Source: Patescibacteria group bacterium
GTDB lineage: Bacteria; Patescibacteriota; Minisyncoccia; Phycocordibacterales; DATDWN01
DNA length: 64,000 nucleotides
NCBI GenBank assembly: GCA_040389125.1
Contig: JAZKAN010000001.1
Span: forward strand, 178,737-242,736
Reading direction: 5' to 3'
The notes under the pieces were generated by a model that saw only the letters and a program-made list of their open reading frames with translations, had not been told where the DNA came from and did not search any database. Position 1 is the first letter of the stretch, and each line of letters starts with the position of its first letter. The position numbers were made by a program, and so were the translations under genes. Of this stretch, positions 17,899-28,373 are shown piece by piece.

Positions 17899-19056
17899 AT
17901 GAAAACGACTGCTTGCATGATCGTAATGCTTGCGTTGCTTCTCGGGGCGGTCATGCCCCTCGCGGCGCAGGAAGAAAGAAATGATCCGGACGTTTATGTC
18001 GTGATGCCAGGCGACTCTGCCTGGTCAATCTCGGGCGACGTCTTCCACAACCCCCTCCTCTGGAGGCAGGTGGTGGAAAAAAATCCGTTCTTGAAAGCAA
18101 AGGGGCGGATTACGGTTAACGAGAAGAACGGGTGGACATATGTCATGCTACACCCCGGCGAGCAACTGTTTGGACTTGCAGAATTAGGAATTCTGCCCAA
18201 GCAGGTGCCACTTTCCGAACTCGGGATCAAGATTCCCGACCCGGTCGTGATCAATCAAGTGTCAAATTGGACTTGGTTCATTCTCGGCTTGGCACTACTG
18301 CTACTCATCGCGGCCTACCTCATTTATCGGATGCTTACCCGAGATCCGGTAAACTCGAGGCAGGCGATGATGCCTGGCGGAGTTACCGACACGACAGCAC
18401 CAACAGTAATGCAACAGGTTGCTGCTCGGGCTGCCGGATACACTCGTCCAGTCTCGACCAACTCGGCAATCTATCAGCAGTTCACGATCGTCCGTCAAAC
18501 CGCCGGTCGTATCTGGGGCAACATGACAGTTAGTTATGCGGATGGCCGCTCGATTCCTCGTCGCCTTTCCGGTGAACGAGCGTACCAAGCGGAAGTTCGT
18601 TTCCCTGATGGTCACACCGAGACCCTGTACATGTTGCAGGGATGCGGAAATGACCTGCGTATGGGTGGCATCTCGCGTTATCTGCCTGGTCCAGAATTCC
18701 GGTTCGAGGCAGACCCCGCGCCGGTTGTTCCGCCAGCTACCGTTCCGATCGCTGAGACTCCGACCTCTGCACCCGCAGAGGCACCGGCTCCGGTGGTTGA
18801 ACCTGTCGCAACTCCTCAAGTAACAGCCCTTGCACAACCGGAAATCAATCGTAGCGGAGAATTTATCCGCTCGAAAGATGCTCCGGCAGTCGCAAGTGGC
18901 AGCGGAATCGTCAAGCTGGAAATCCGGCGTGCATCATTCGATAATCCTGCCATGCTTCGCATGAGCGGCATCGATGAAAAAGCCGACACCACGTGCGAAG
19001 TGGAGGAAGGGATGGTAACATTCCGATTCACTCCGAAGCACCACAACAGCAATTAG
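17899..19056 (+). CDS. LysM-like domain membrane protein, GC-rich
   Basis: Signal peptide MKTTACMIVMLALLLGAVMPLAAQ. LysM-like segment YVVMPGDSAWSISGDVF...LHPGEQL, a central TM helix, and a Pro/Ala-rich C-terminus. GC is about 55-57% against ~40% background. The ORF to 17707 is an over-extension. Confidence 0.6.
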   Translation: MKTTACMIVMLALLLGAVMPLAAQEERNDPDVYVVMPGDSAWSISGDVFHNPLLWRQVVEKNPFLKAKGRITVNEKNGWTYVMLHPGEQLFGLAELGILPKQVPLSELGIKIPDPVVINQVSNWTWFILGLALLLLIAAYLIYRMLTRDPVNSRQAMMPGGVTDTTAPTVMQQVAARAAGYTRPVSTNSAIYQQFTIVRQTAGRIWGNMTVSYADGRSIPRRLSGERAYQAEVRFPDGHTETLYMLQGCGNDLRMGGISRYLPGPEFRFEADPAPVVPPATVPIAETPTSAPAEAPAPVVEPVATPQVTALAQPEINRSGEFIRSKDAPAVASGSGIVKLEIRRASFDNPAMLRMSGIDEKADTTCEVEEGMVTFRFTPKHHNSN

Positions 19057-19094
19057 TAGTACAAATTTCTGATCTCTCGCAAGAGTAGATTGGG

Positions 19095-19126
19095 GCCACC
19101 ACCTTTCGGGGTAGGTGGCTTTTTTC
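19095..19126 (+). terminator. intrinsic terminator
   Basis: GCCACCACCTTTCGGGGTAGGTGGC followed by TTTTTT. Confidence 0.7.
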
Positions 19127-19169
19127 TTACACAGAAAAATTTAAATCAGATTATGCTAGACTAATCACA

Positions 19170-20447
19170 ATGAAAGAAACAATGGAAAATGCAGACAAAA
19201 TCTGGGATGTGGTCGTCATTGGGGGTGGACCTGCGGGCATGATGGCGGCGGGGCGTGCGAGTGAGCTTGGGGCGGAGGTGCTACTTCTAGAAAAAAATGA
19301 CTCGCTCGGTAAAAAACTCCTGATTACCGGTGGCGGCAGATGTAACCTCACAAACGCCGAGCCAGATGTACGAAAATTCCTTTCGAAATTCAAAGACTCA
19401 GATAAATTTCTTTTCTCACCATTTTCACAGTTTGGTGTACAGGAATCGCTCGACTTTTTCCACTCACGTGGAATGGAGACAAAAGTCGAAGCACTTGGAC
19501 GTGTTTTCCCTGCTTCAAATTCTGCACAGTCTGTGTGGAATACACTTCTGGAATACTTGAAAGCAAACAACGTGAGCATTCGCTCCAACTGCCCTGTGAC
19601 GGGATTCGAAAAAAGTGAAAACAAAATTACAGCTGTTGTTTTAAAAAATGCAAAAAAAATCGAAAGCAAAATTTATGCACGAAAATTCATCCTCGCAACC
19701 GGTGGAAAGTCACGACCAGAGACAGGATCAACTGGCGACGGCTTTGAATGGCTCAAGACAATCGGGCATACAGTCGTGGAACCAAGTGTGGCACTCGTTC
19801 CAGTAACCACGAGCGATGCATGGGTCAAACGTTTGCAAGGAGTAAGTATGTCGGAAGTTAAAATTACTCTACTGCAAAATGAAATTAAACAGGATGCCAA
19901 AGTAGGTAAAATATTATTTACACATTTTGGTGTGAGCGGTCCGACTATACTCAACATGAGTCGCGACATTGGTGAGCTACTCAAATATGGTGAGGTTGTG
20001 ATTTCTCTCGATCTCCTTCCCCACCTTGATCATGGACAGCTCAATACAGAACTTCAGAAAATATTTGCAGAAAACGACAAGAAAAAAATTAAAAATGTTT
20101 TGGATGTACTCGTACCATCTGCAGTCGCTCCAATTATTCTCGAATTAGCTGAAATCAATTCTGATACTGCATGCAATAGTGTGACTCGAGAAAATCGGAT
20201 GACACTTATTAAAATATTAAAAGGAATGCAAATCCACCCGACTGGACTTTTGGGCGAGGACAAAGCTGTAATCACATCTGGCGGTATTTCTCTCGACGAA
20301 GTGGATTTCAAAACAATGTCATCCAAACTTTTCCCAAACTTGTATGTCGTCGGAGACATACTGAACATTGACCGCCCGACTGGTGGGTATGGTCTGCAAC
20401 TCTGCTGGACTTCCGGCTATGTCGCTGGAACAAATACCAGTGCTTAG
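19170..20447 (+). CDS. HI0933/BaiN-family FAD-dependent flavoprotein
   Basis: VVVIGGGPAGMMAAGRA dinucleotide-binding motif and LLITGGGRCNLTN. Family-wide collinearity. Confidence 0.85.
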   Translation: MKETMENADKIWDVVVIGGGPAGMMAAGRASELGAEVLLLEKNDSLGKKLLITGGGRCNLTNAEPDVRKFLSKFKDSDKFLFSPFSQFGVQESLDFFHSRGMETKVEALGRVFPASNSAQSVWNTLLEYLKANNVSIRSNCPVTGFEKSENKITAVVLKNAKKIESKIYARKFILATGGKSRPETGSTGDGFEWLKTIGHTVVEPSVALVPVTTSDAWVKRLQGVSMSEVKITLLQNEIKQDAKVGKILFTHFGVSGPTILNMSRDIGELLKYGEVVISLDLLPHLDHGQLNTELQKIFAENDKKKIKNVLDVLVPSAVAPIILELAEINSDTACNSVTRENRMTLIKILKGMQIHPTGLLGEDKAVITSGGISLDEVDFKTMSSKLFPNLYVVGDILNIDRPTGGYGLQLCWTSGYVAGTNTSA

Positions 20448-20487
20448 TAAATGAAATATATTTGGGGTATCGGTGTACTATATACAT

Positions 20488-22275
20488 ATGAAAACATACT
20501 TTTCGGAAAGATTGCCACGACTTAAAAATTATGTCATTGCGCACAAAATTCTGGCTAGCACAACTATTATTGCAGTTTTACTTGTTGGATATTGGGGAGT
20601 AAAGAAAGTACATGGTTCTACAAACGAGGTGCGATACATAGTGACCACCGTCAAAAAAGGAACTGTAGTTTCAACAGTCAGCGCAAGTGGACAAGTGTCA
20701 GCTACCAACAAAGTAGATGTCAAAGCAAAAGTTTCTGGAAACATCACATGGGTAGGAGCAACTGTGGGGCAGAGAGTGTATGCGGGACAGGGGTTAGCAT
20801 CTATTGATAACAAAAATGCAAAAGCAGCTCTTGCAGACGCACAGGCATCGCTTGCGCAAGCAAAACTTCAATTCCAAAAAGATCAGGCGACTGCACCGAT
20901 AAACTATCAAAAGTCTGTTGATGATGTAACAAATGCAAAAAACGATTTAGATACTGAATACAACGACACATTTAATAATCTTTCAAATACATATCTCGAT
21001 ATCCCACCGGTAGTAACCAGCATGCAGAATATTTTATACGGGTACGACCTCAGCCCAACATCCAGTCAGTGGAATTTGGATGTACTCAAAAATATGTTTA
21101 GTAGTAAAGATGAGGCACAAAAGATACTCAATTTTGCAAACATAGCAGAGAGTGACTACAAAACTGCTCGCACAAAATATGATGCTGCGTTACTTGTATA
21201 CAAACAAATGAGTAGATTTTCTGATCCTACTCAAATGGAAGATTTACTTGCAAAATCTATAGACATGCTCACTGCGGTTGCCCAAACACTACAAAGTGAG
21301 AGCAATTTTCTAAGTTCAATAACAGATACAGCGAGTCTATATAATGTGCGATTGTCGAGTACTATTTCTACAATGCAAACAAATACTCGAAGTAACATTT
21401 CTACAACAAACAATAGTTTGAGTACTCTTTTGTCACAGAAAAAATCACTCGAAACAAGTAAGCAGACAATAAAAACTGGTGAGCAAAATTTGGAACTTTT
21501 AAAAATTGGAGATTCATCTGGCAACAATCCGATCAGTTTACAAATATCAGAAAACAACATTGAAAAACAAGAACGGAATCTACAAGATTTACAAACAGCA
21601 CTGTACGATTATACAGTAGTCGCACCATTTGACGGAACAGTCGCAGCTGTCACTGCAAAAGTGGGTGATACGAGTGGTACGATTGCGACGATTATTACTG
21701 ATGGGCAGGTCGCAGAACTGTCACTCAACGAAGTAGATGCATCCAAAGTTAGTCTCAAACAAAAAGCAATTCTCACATTTGATGCAATTGATGATTTGAG
21801 CATGACCGGTACTATTTCTGAAATCGATCCAGTTGGCACAGTCTCCCAAGGTGTAGTGAGTTACACAATCAAGATAACATTTGATACACAGGATCCACGT
21901 ATAAAACCGGGGATGACAGTAAACGCTGCTATTCAAACTGCGGTACATAGTGACGTACTCGTAGTTCCAAGTTCCGCTGTAAAAACAAGTAGAGGAACGA
22001 GTTATGTGCAAGTCTTTACACCTCCCCTTGTCGATACTGGCGGTACAGCTGGAACAATCTCGGGTACACCACCAGAACAAGTTGAAGTGACAACGGGAAT
22101 ATCAGACGGTACAACTATTGAGATTCAGAGTGGCCTAGAGGAGAATGAACAAATAGTTTCGAGAACTATTACCGCAACTACTGTTGCCAAAACTACTAGC
22201 ACAACTCCATCTGCAACTTCCCTTCTCGGCGGCGGTGCTGGAGGGAGAACTGGTAATGTAAATTTTGCACGATAG
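20488..22275 (+). CDS. efflux transporter periplasmic adaptor (HlyD/MFP, MacA-like)
   Basis: N-terminal TM helix, long coiled-coil, and beta-barrel segments (VSGNITWVGATVGQRVYAGQGLASID...). Upstream of an ABC ATPase/permease pair. The start could be 20473. Confidence 0.8.
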   Translation: MKTYFSERLPRLKNYVIAHKILASTTIIAVLLVGYWGVKKVHGSTNEVRYIVTTVKKGTVVSTVSASGQVSATNKVDVKAKVSGNITWVGATVGQRVYAGQGLASIDNKNAKAALADAQASLAQAKLQFQKDQATAPINYQKSVDDVTNAKNDLDTEYNDTFNNLSNTYLDIPPVVTSMQNILYGYDLSPTSSQWNLDVLKNMFSSKDEAQKILNFANIAESDYKTARTKYDAALLVYKQMSRFSDPTQMEDLLAKSIDMLTAVAQTLQSESNFLSSITDTASLYNVRLSSTISTMQTNTRSNISTTNNSLSTLLSQKKSLETSKQTIKTGEQNLELLKIGDSSGNNPISLQISENNIEKQERNLQDLQTALYDYTVVAPFDGTVAAVTAKVGDTSGTIATIITDGQVAELSLNEVDASKVSLKQKAILTFDAIDDLSMTGTISEIDPVGTVSQGVVSYTIKITFDTQDPRIKPGMTVNAAIQTAVHSDVLVVPSSAVKTSRGTSYVQVFTPPLVDTGGTAGTISGTPPEQVEVTTGISDGTTIEIQSGLEENEQIVSRTITATTVAKTTSTTPSATSLLGGGAGGRTGNVNFAR

Positions 22276-22281
22276 TTCCGT

Positions 22282-22983
22282 ATGATTGAAATAAAAAATA
22301 TTACAAAAACATACGGTACAGGAGAGATGGCGTTTCAGGCTCTGAAAAATATTTCTTTTACGATACACGATGGAGAATTTCTTGCAATTATGGGACCATC
22401 GGGGTCAGGCAAATCTACACTCATGCATATACTTGGATGTCTCGATACACCGACATCTGGAACATACCTTTTGGATGGCAAGGATGTCTCCACTTTTTCT
22501 GATGAAAATTTAGCAGATATTCGAAAGGATAAAATTGGTTTTGTGTTTCAATCATTCAATCTCCTCCCTCGCACATCTGTATTACGCAATGTAATGCTTC
22601 CTCTCGTGTATGCTGGTATCGAAGGTGAAGAGAGAGAAACTCGAGCAAAAAACGCTCTCCTCGCAGCAGGAATGCCGGAGAGTCACTACGGACACCGATC
22701 CAATGAAATATCTGGTGGACAGATTCAGCGAGTCGCCATTGCACGTGCTCTCGTCAATAATCCCAGTCTAATCTTGGCAGACGAACCCACTGGAAATTTG
22801 GATACCAAAACTGGAGATATTGTGCTCGGAACATTTGAAAAGCTGAATCGTGAGCAAGGTAGAACAATTGTACTCATTACACACGAACCAGATGTGGCAG
22901 AGCATGCTCGTCGAATAATTTATATAAAAGATGGTGTAATCACAAGTGATAGTACATCACACAAACAAAAATCAATCTCATGA
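22282..22983 (+). CDS. ABC transporter ATP-binding protein (MacB/LolD type)
   Basis: GPSGSGKST Walker A, LSGGQIQR signature, ILADEPTGNLD Walker B. Confidence 0.9.
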   Translation: MIEIKNITKTYGTGEMAFQALKNISFTIHDGEFLAIMGPSGSGKSTLMHILGCLDTPTSGTYLLDGKDVSTFSDENLADIRKDKIGFVFQSFNLLPRTSVLRNVMLPLVYAGIEGEERETRAKNALLAAGMPESHYGHRSNEISGGQIQRVAIARALVNNPSLILADEPTGNLDTKTGDIVLGTFEKLNREQGRTIVLITHEPDVAEHARRIIYIKDGVITSDSTSHKQKSIS

Positions 22984-24212
22984 ATATAAAAGACACTCTC
23001 GAAGAAACATACACGGCACTCTCTGCAAACAAAGTCCGCTCGGGGCTCACTATTCTTGGTATTGTTATTGGAATTTCTTCTGTTATTGCACTGGTTTCAA
23101 TAGGAGCAGGCGCGTCTAGCTCAATCACTAGTCGTATCGAGTCACTCGGTTCAAACCTCATTCTGGTTACTCCCGGTGCGGCACGCAACCAAGGTTTCGG
23201 TGTAAGTACTGGTCGTGGAGCAGCACGGTCACTGACTATGACAGACGTAAATTCGATTGGAACAGGAGTTACGGGAGTTAGGGCTGTGACGGCAGAGGTG
23301 TCAGGTAGATATCAAGTAACTGCCAAAGGTACGAACACAAATACGACTGTCGACGGTGTCACCTCAACATATCCTCAAATCCGAAATCTGGAAATAAGTG
23401 ACGGAGCTTTTATTGATGATACTCAAAATGATAGTATCGCAAAAGTTGCAGTTGTTGGTCCTACTGTGGTCACAGATTTATTTGGTGTAGATGCAATTTC
23501 AAGCGATGCAATCGGCCAAATCATACGTATCAAAGGAATTCAATTTACAATAATCGGTGTAACGGTCGCAAAAGGCGGTACTGGATTTAGTAGCCCAGAT
23601 GATATGATCTATATCCCGATTACAAGTGCACAGCGGTACCTCTCTGGAAATCAATATGTAAATACGATAGATGTTCAAGCTGAAAATCCCAGTGTCATGA
23701 CTCAGGCCCAAGAGGACATTACAAATCTTCTACTTACAAATCATCATATATCAGATCCTGCCCAAGCTGATTTTAGTGCTCTCAATCAAAATGACATTTT
23801 ATCTACAGCCTCGAGTGTTACTGATACGTTGACGTACCTCCTTGGTGCAATAGCTGGAATCTCACTCATTGTTGGTGGTATTGGTATTATGAACATGATG
23901 CTGACGACCGTGACAGAAAGAACGCGAGAAATCGGACTCCGAAAAGCGATCGGGGCAAAGAAAGCCGATATCAGTAAACAATTTCTCATCGAAGCGACAA
24001 TACTCACCTTGATCGGAGGAATTATAGGCATTATTCTCGGGTGGAGTATTTCTTTTATTGTAAATGCAACTGGAATTCTCTCTACAAGTGTTTCACTTTC
24101 ATCTATATTTTTAGCATTCGGAGTATCTGCAATAATTGGGATTGTTTTTGGATACTACCCGGCCCGTCGAGCGTCTCGGCTGAGCCCAATTGAGGCACTC
24201 AGATACGAGTGA
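22980..24212 (+). CDS. ABC transporter permease (FtsX/MacB family)
   Basis: 4-TM FtsX-like topology with a large extracytoplasmic domain. Overlaps the ATPase gene by 4 nt. Confidence 0.85.
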   Translation: MNIKDTLEETYTALSANKVRSGLTILGIVIGISSVIALVSIGAGASSSITSRIESLGSNLILVTPGAARNQGFGVSTGRGAARSLTMTDVNSIGTGVTGVRAVTAEVSGRYQVTAKGTNTNTTVDGVTSTYPQIRNLEISDGAFIDDTQNDSIAKVAVVGPTVVTDLFGVDAISSDAIGQIIRIKGIQFTIIGVTVAKGGTGFSSPDDMIYIPITSAQRYLSGNQYVNTIDVQAENPSVMTQAQEDITNLLLTNHHISDPAQADFSALNQNDILSTASSVTDTLTYLLGAIAGISLIVGGIGIMNMMLTTVTERTREIGLRKAIGAKKADISKQFLIEATILTLIGGIIGIILGWSISFIVNATGILSTSVSLSSIFLAFGVSAIIGIVFGYYPARRASRLSPIEALRYE

Positions 24213-24262
24213 TAAAATCGATCAGTTTTCAAAGTTAATAATTAGTAAATTAAAAAAATAAT

Positions 24263-24688
24263 ATGAATAAAAATACAACAACAATTATAATCGCAATAGT
24301 ACTTATTATCGGGGCTTTTTATGGAGGTATGAGATATGGTCAACACAAAATAGCAACAGGTTTTCGAACAGGAGGAATGCCCGGAGCATTTGCAAATGGA
24401 AATGGCACAAGAACAGGGGCACGGGGAATGCTCGGACAAAATGGTGGACTCGTCAGTGGCGAGATACTGAGTAAAGATGCAACAAGCATCACAGTCAAAA
24501 TGCGAGATGGGGGATCAAAAATAGTGCTTATTTCTGAAACAACTCCTGTGATGAAATCTGCATCTGGCAAAATTTCTGATCTCATAGTTGGTGAGCAAAT
24601 AACAGCAACTGGTACTGCAAATCCCGATGGTAGTATTGTGGCACAATCCGTACAAATTCGACCTGCAACCACAACTCCAGCAAGATAA
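24263..24688 (+). CDS. hypothetical membrane-anchored Gly-rich protein
   Basis: N-terminal TM helix (IIIAIVLIIGAFYGG) and a Gly-rich linker. No known domain. Confidence 0.5.
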   Translation: MNKNTTTIIIAIVLIIGAFYGGMRYGQHKIATGFRTGGMPGAFANGNGTRTGARGMLGQNGGLVSGEILSKDATSITVKMRDGGSKIVLISETTPVMKSASGKISDLIVGEQITATGTANPDGSIVAQSVQIRPATTTPAR

Positions 24689-24689
24689 T

Positions 24690-25085
24690 TTAAGTAATTC
24701 TAATTTTCTTTAATTCCTCACGCATTTGCATATAGTGCGGCATAGTTTCTGCTACCAAATCCCAAAATTTTTGAGAATGATTAAACTGTCCAATATGACA
24801 GAGCTCGTGTACTAAAATATAGTCCGCGAGGTATGGTGGTAATGTCGCAATTCGATAACTCAAACTAATATTACCTTTTGACGAACAACTTCCCCACCGC
24901 GTTCGCTGGTTTCGGATGCGGATTGTTCCGATGGTGAATTTGTAGTGCAGGTTGAAATAAGCCAAACGCTCCTCCGCAATTCTTTTTGCTTCCACTTTAT
25001 ACTGTATGTACTCAGCTTTGCTTGCCTGAGTGACCTTTCGCACTCTTCTTTTTTTTCTTTTAAAAAATCTAACAAATATTTTCAT
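24690..25085 (-). CDS. YgjP/DUF45 (WLM-type) zinc metallohydrolase
   Basis: HELCHIGQFNHSQKFW zinc-binding motif in a ~130-aa protein. Confidence 0.75.
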   Translation of the reverse strand: MKIFVRFFKRKKRRVRKVTQASKAEYIQYKVEAKRIAEERLAYFNLHYKFTIGTIRIRNQRTRWGSCSSKGNISLSYRIATLPPYLADYILVHELCHIGQFNHSQKFWDLVAETMPHYMQMREELKKIRIT

Positions 25086-25129
25086 GGGAATAATAAGTTG
25101 AATAATTTAAAATCAAAATTCCTCGAAGA

Positions 25130-25221
25130 CATATGTTTTTCAGCGCATCACGGACTGCGTGTAGACAGGAGTGCGAGGAAAATTTCTAGCAAGAAATTAT
25201 TCCGGCGATGAAAAACATATG
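25130..25221 (+). repeat. family-A palindromic element, copy 2
   Basis: Same core as 4243-4354. The outer stem here is catatgtttttca / tgaaaaacatatg. The internal hairpin shows a compensatory swap (TTTCT-AGCA-AGAAA against TTTTC-AGCA-GAAAA). Confidence 0.8.
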
Positions 25222-25245
25222 TCGAGAAAGAATTTTGATTTTAAA

Positions 25246-26709
25246 TTATTTACTGAGATCAAGTATGTCATCTATACGTATCTGTTTTACAAACTCCGGC
25301 ACGTGACTGACCAATATCATCGCCCCCTCATATTTATCAAGTGCCTCGGCAATTATCGGCAAATGTCGAAAGTTTATATGGTTTGTTGGCTCATCGAGAA
25401 TGAGAAGTCCTGGTTTCTGTAATACAAGTCGTGCAAATGCGACAAGTCCTTTTTGACCCTCTGACAGACTCCCAATTTTTGAATATATTAGTTCGCCAGT
25501 GAGAAGAAATCCAGCTGCAGTTGAACGCAAAGTTTCTTCCACCAATTCGTGCATGACTCCAGCGAGAGAATCGTACACCGTATCCTCGAAATTAAGTGTT
25601 GAGAAATCCTGTCTGTAGTATCCAACCCGAATACCTGGAGCAATAACCGTACCGTCGCTTGTACCGCTCGCGAGGGATTCAAGAAGAGTACTCTTGCCAA
25701 TACCATTTGGACCTGCAAGCAATAAATGCTGTTTTTTTCGAAGTGTTATATTTACCTTGCGTGCCACAGGTTTATGATCCTTTATCATCTTGAATTTGGT
25801 AATGGCCAAAATATCACCATTTATATCTGGCTGTGATGGAATAATAAATGATCGGATCGTTTTATCCTCACGACGGACATCTACTTTTTCCTCTTCGAGT
25901 TCCTCAGCCTTTTCACGCATACGACGTGCCACAAGTCGCATCTGACCACCCTTGTTTGCAAAAAAGTTTGCCTTGTCTTTATTCTCTTGAATTTCCTTTG
26001 CAAGCAACGCATTTTTTCTATTTTCTTTTTCTATACGTGCAGAAATATCTGCTACTACATCAAAATAGTTTCCAACATATTGTTCTACTTTGCGAGTAAA
26101 CACATCCAAATACAACACACCTTGTGTAAAACTATTTAGAAACTCCGCATCATGTGAAATTACAATGCATGTCTTTTTGTAATCCACAAGAAATTTTGTA
26201 AGGTGTTCAATCCCATCTTTGTCAAGATTGTTTGTAGGCTCATCGAGAAGCAACAGGTCTGGATCTTGAATAAGTGCAGATGCAAGGAGAAGCCGCGCTT
26301 GTTGTCCACCAGAAAATGATTTGACGATACGATCGTGTGGAGCATTTAGATTTACCACCTTTAGCACCGCATCTATTCGAGGTTCGATATCATATATTTT
26401 TTTGTCTGTTTTGTTTTTGAAACTGTTTTCAAAATATTCTCGTACAGTCATTTCGAGCTCATTGCGAGGAATCACCTGACGAGCTGTAGCGATGGAGAGA
26501 TGCTGTGCAATATTAATTACACCAGACTCTGGTTTGTGTGTTCCTGTGATAAGACCAAAAAGAGTGCTTTTACCGGCACCATTTTGCCCCATAATTGTGA
26601 ATTTTGCTCCTCGCCGGAGCGTAAAATCAACTTCATCCAAAATTGGTTTTTTGATTCCGAAGTCAAATGAGACTTTATCAAAACTGATTATCGTTTCTCC
26701 CCGTGGCAT
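25246..26709 (-). CDS. ABC-F family ATPase (tandem ABC domains, no TMD)
   Basis: Two Walker A boxes (GQNGAGKST, GPNGIGKST) and two signature motifs with a linker between them. Start at MPRGETI. Confidence 0.9.
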   Translation of the reverse strand: MPRGETIISFDKVSFDFGIKKPILDEVDFTLRRGAKFTIMGQNGAGKSTLFGLITGTHKPESGVINIAQHLSIATARQVIPRNELEMTVREYFENSFKNKTDKKIYDIEPRIDAVLKVVNLNAPHDRIVKSFSGGQQARLLLASALIQDPDLLLLDEPTNNLDKDGIEHLTKFLVDYKKTCIVISHDAEFLNSFTQGVLYLDVFTRKVEQYVGNYFDVVADISARIEKENRKNALLAKEIQENKDKANFFANKGGQMRLVARRMREKAEELEEEKVDVRREDKTIRSFIIPSQPDINGDILAITKFKMIKDHKPVARKVNITLRKKQHLLLAGPNGIGKSTLLESLASGTSDGTVIAPGIRVGYYRQDFSTLNFEDTVYDSLAGVMHELVEETLRSTAAGFLLTGELIYSKIGSLSEGQKGLVAFARLVLQKPGLLILDEPTNHINFRHLPIIAEALDKYEGAMILVSHVPEFVKQIRIDDILDLSK

Positions 26710-26896
26710 ATCTAGACAGAGTACACTAGTTTGTGTCAAAAAGATAGATGCGAAGCCATACAATGGAAATCTACTTATTCCACTCCGCCCTGAAATATCA
26801 TTGCCTGACGGCAACAAGATATATTCAGTGCGTGATTTTTATGGTGTAAAAATCAACTACCTTGCATAACATAGTACCTGGTGATATACTGCTAGT

Positions 26897-27226
26897 ATGA
26901 AAATAGACGCTGAAAACCAGAAAGCACAAATGAGAAAAGGGATTCTCGAATTCTGTATACTTCTCATTATTTCTCGTGAGAAAAAATATGCATCAGAAAT
27001 TATCAAGGAACTCAAAATGAGTGATCTCATAGTTGTCGAGGGTACGCTGTATCCCCTCCTTTCCCGTCTTCGTGGTCTGGGACTACTCACCCATACATGG
27101 GAAGAATCCAAAGAGGGCCCACCAAGAAAATACTACGAACTGACAGAAAAAGGCAAAGAGACACTCGCAAGTCTCAAGGAAACGTGGAAGAAATTATATG
27201 TTTCGATCGACACATTAATTCAATAA
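26897..27226 (+). CDS. PadR family transcriptional regulator
   Basis: Winged-helix motif ILEFCILLIISREKKYASEI...GTLYPLLSRLRGLGLL. Confidence 0.85.
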   Translation: MKIDAENQKAQMRKGILEFCILLIISREKKYASEIIKELKMSDLIVVEGTLYPLLSRLRGLGLLTHTWEESKEGPPRKYYELTEKGKETLASLKETWKKLYVSIDTLIQ

Positions 27227-27235
27227 ATAATCATT

Positions 27236-28318
27236 ATGAAAAAAACAATACCAACCAGCATCGCAAATACACTCTTTTATATCGAGGAGGATGCGTATGC
27301 CGAATTACATATATATCTCGAATCAATTCGAAATCATTTTAAATCAAATCCTGATAGTCAAGAAATAATATCCGATATCGAAAGTAGAATTGCAGAACAG
27401 TTTATCGAGTACGCAGGAAAAAATACAGAAACCAACAACCGGATTATAACCCTAGAGCACGCTCGAAAACTAATGCACTCAATGGGGAAACCAGAGGATT
27501 TTAACGATGCCGAAACACATGAAAATACCGACTCTGTTCATAACGCAACGAGAAAAGACAATCGCCGCAAACTGTATCGTGACCCGGACAATGCACAAAT
27601 CGGTGGAGTGGCATCAGGACTCGCAGTGTATTTCGATGTTGATCCAGTATTGATTCGCCTCCTCTTTATCCTCGTCGTACTCCTTGGTGGTTCTGGAATA
27701 CTTATTTATATCATCCTATGGATCCTTATTCCCGAAGCAAAAACAACTTCTCAGAAACTAGAAATGCGTGGCGACCCCATCAATCTCGAAACAGTCAGTA
27801 GTGCAATAAAGGAAAAAATTGAAGAAGTAAAAAATCACAAATCCAACGAGCACGGTGTAGTACGAGGATTTTTTGGATCAATAAAAAGAATTATTTATTT
27901 TGTTGTAGATAAATTTATTCCAGTTATAGGAAAAGTAATCGGGGCGATCCTGGTGTTTGTATCTGTCATTGCATCTGTAGCACTTATATCTGCACTTCTC
28001 ATCAGTGTCATTCATCCAGAAACTCTGCTTTTGACTATTCCAATTTCTCTCAGTATTACAGGAGCGACATACATACTGCTTGTGATCGGAATATTTTTGA
28101 CCGCTATCGTTCCAATATTCCTCATTGGAGAACTTGGCATGATACTTATTCATGCTCGCTCAAAAACCCACCGCCATATCAGCCCCCTCCTCATTGCCTT
28201 GTGGCTCGTGGGTGTAATCATGACTATTGTAATCAGTGTTCCCGTTGTACATGAGTATCAACAGTTGCATCCTGATTTTGATAGAAATAATGAGATTTAT
28301 TTCCAGAGAACGTATTAA
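27236..28318 (+). CDS. PspC-domain membrane protein
   Basis: IGGVASGLAVYFDVDPVLIRLLFIL PspC motif plus further TM helices. Forms a PadR-PspC pair. Confidence 0.8.
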   Translation: MKKTIPTSIANTLFYIEEDAYAELHIYLESIRNHFKSNPDSQEIISDIESRIAEQFIEYAGKNTETNNRIITLEHARKLMHSMGKPEDFNDAETHENTDSVHNATRKDNRRKLYRDPDNAQIGGVASGLAVYFDVDPVLIRLLFILVVLLGGSGILIYIILWILIPEAKTTSQKLEMRGDPINLETVSSAIKEKIEEVKNHKSNEHGVVRGFFGSIKRIIYFVVDKFIPVIGKVIGAILVFVSVIASVALISALLISVIHPETLLLTIPISLSITGATYILLVIGIFLTAIVPIFLIGELGMILIHARSKTHRHISPLLIALWLVGVIMTIVISVPVVHEYQQLHPDFDRNNEIYFQRTY

Positions 28319-28373
28319 ATTTGAGTTTGACTTTGAAGTTAATATTATGTAAGTTGATTTGGGAGAAAACCGT

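Noticed and set aside
18132-18837. ORFs antisense or out of frame within the GC-rich LysM gene (18132-18533 plus, 18301-18837 minus, 18536-18823 plus, 17994-18254 minus)
   Set aside because: High GC suppresses stop codons in all frames. These ORFs have no starts with RBS, and the LysM frame explains the locus.
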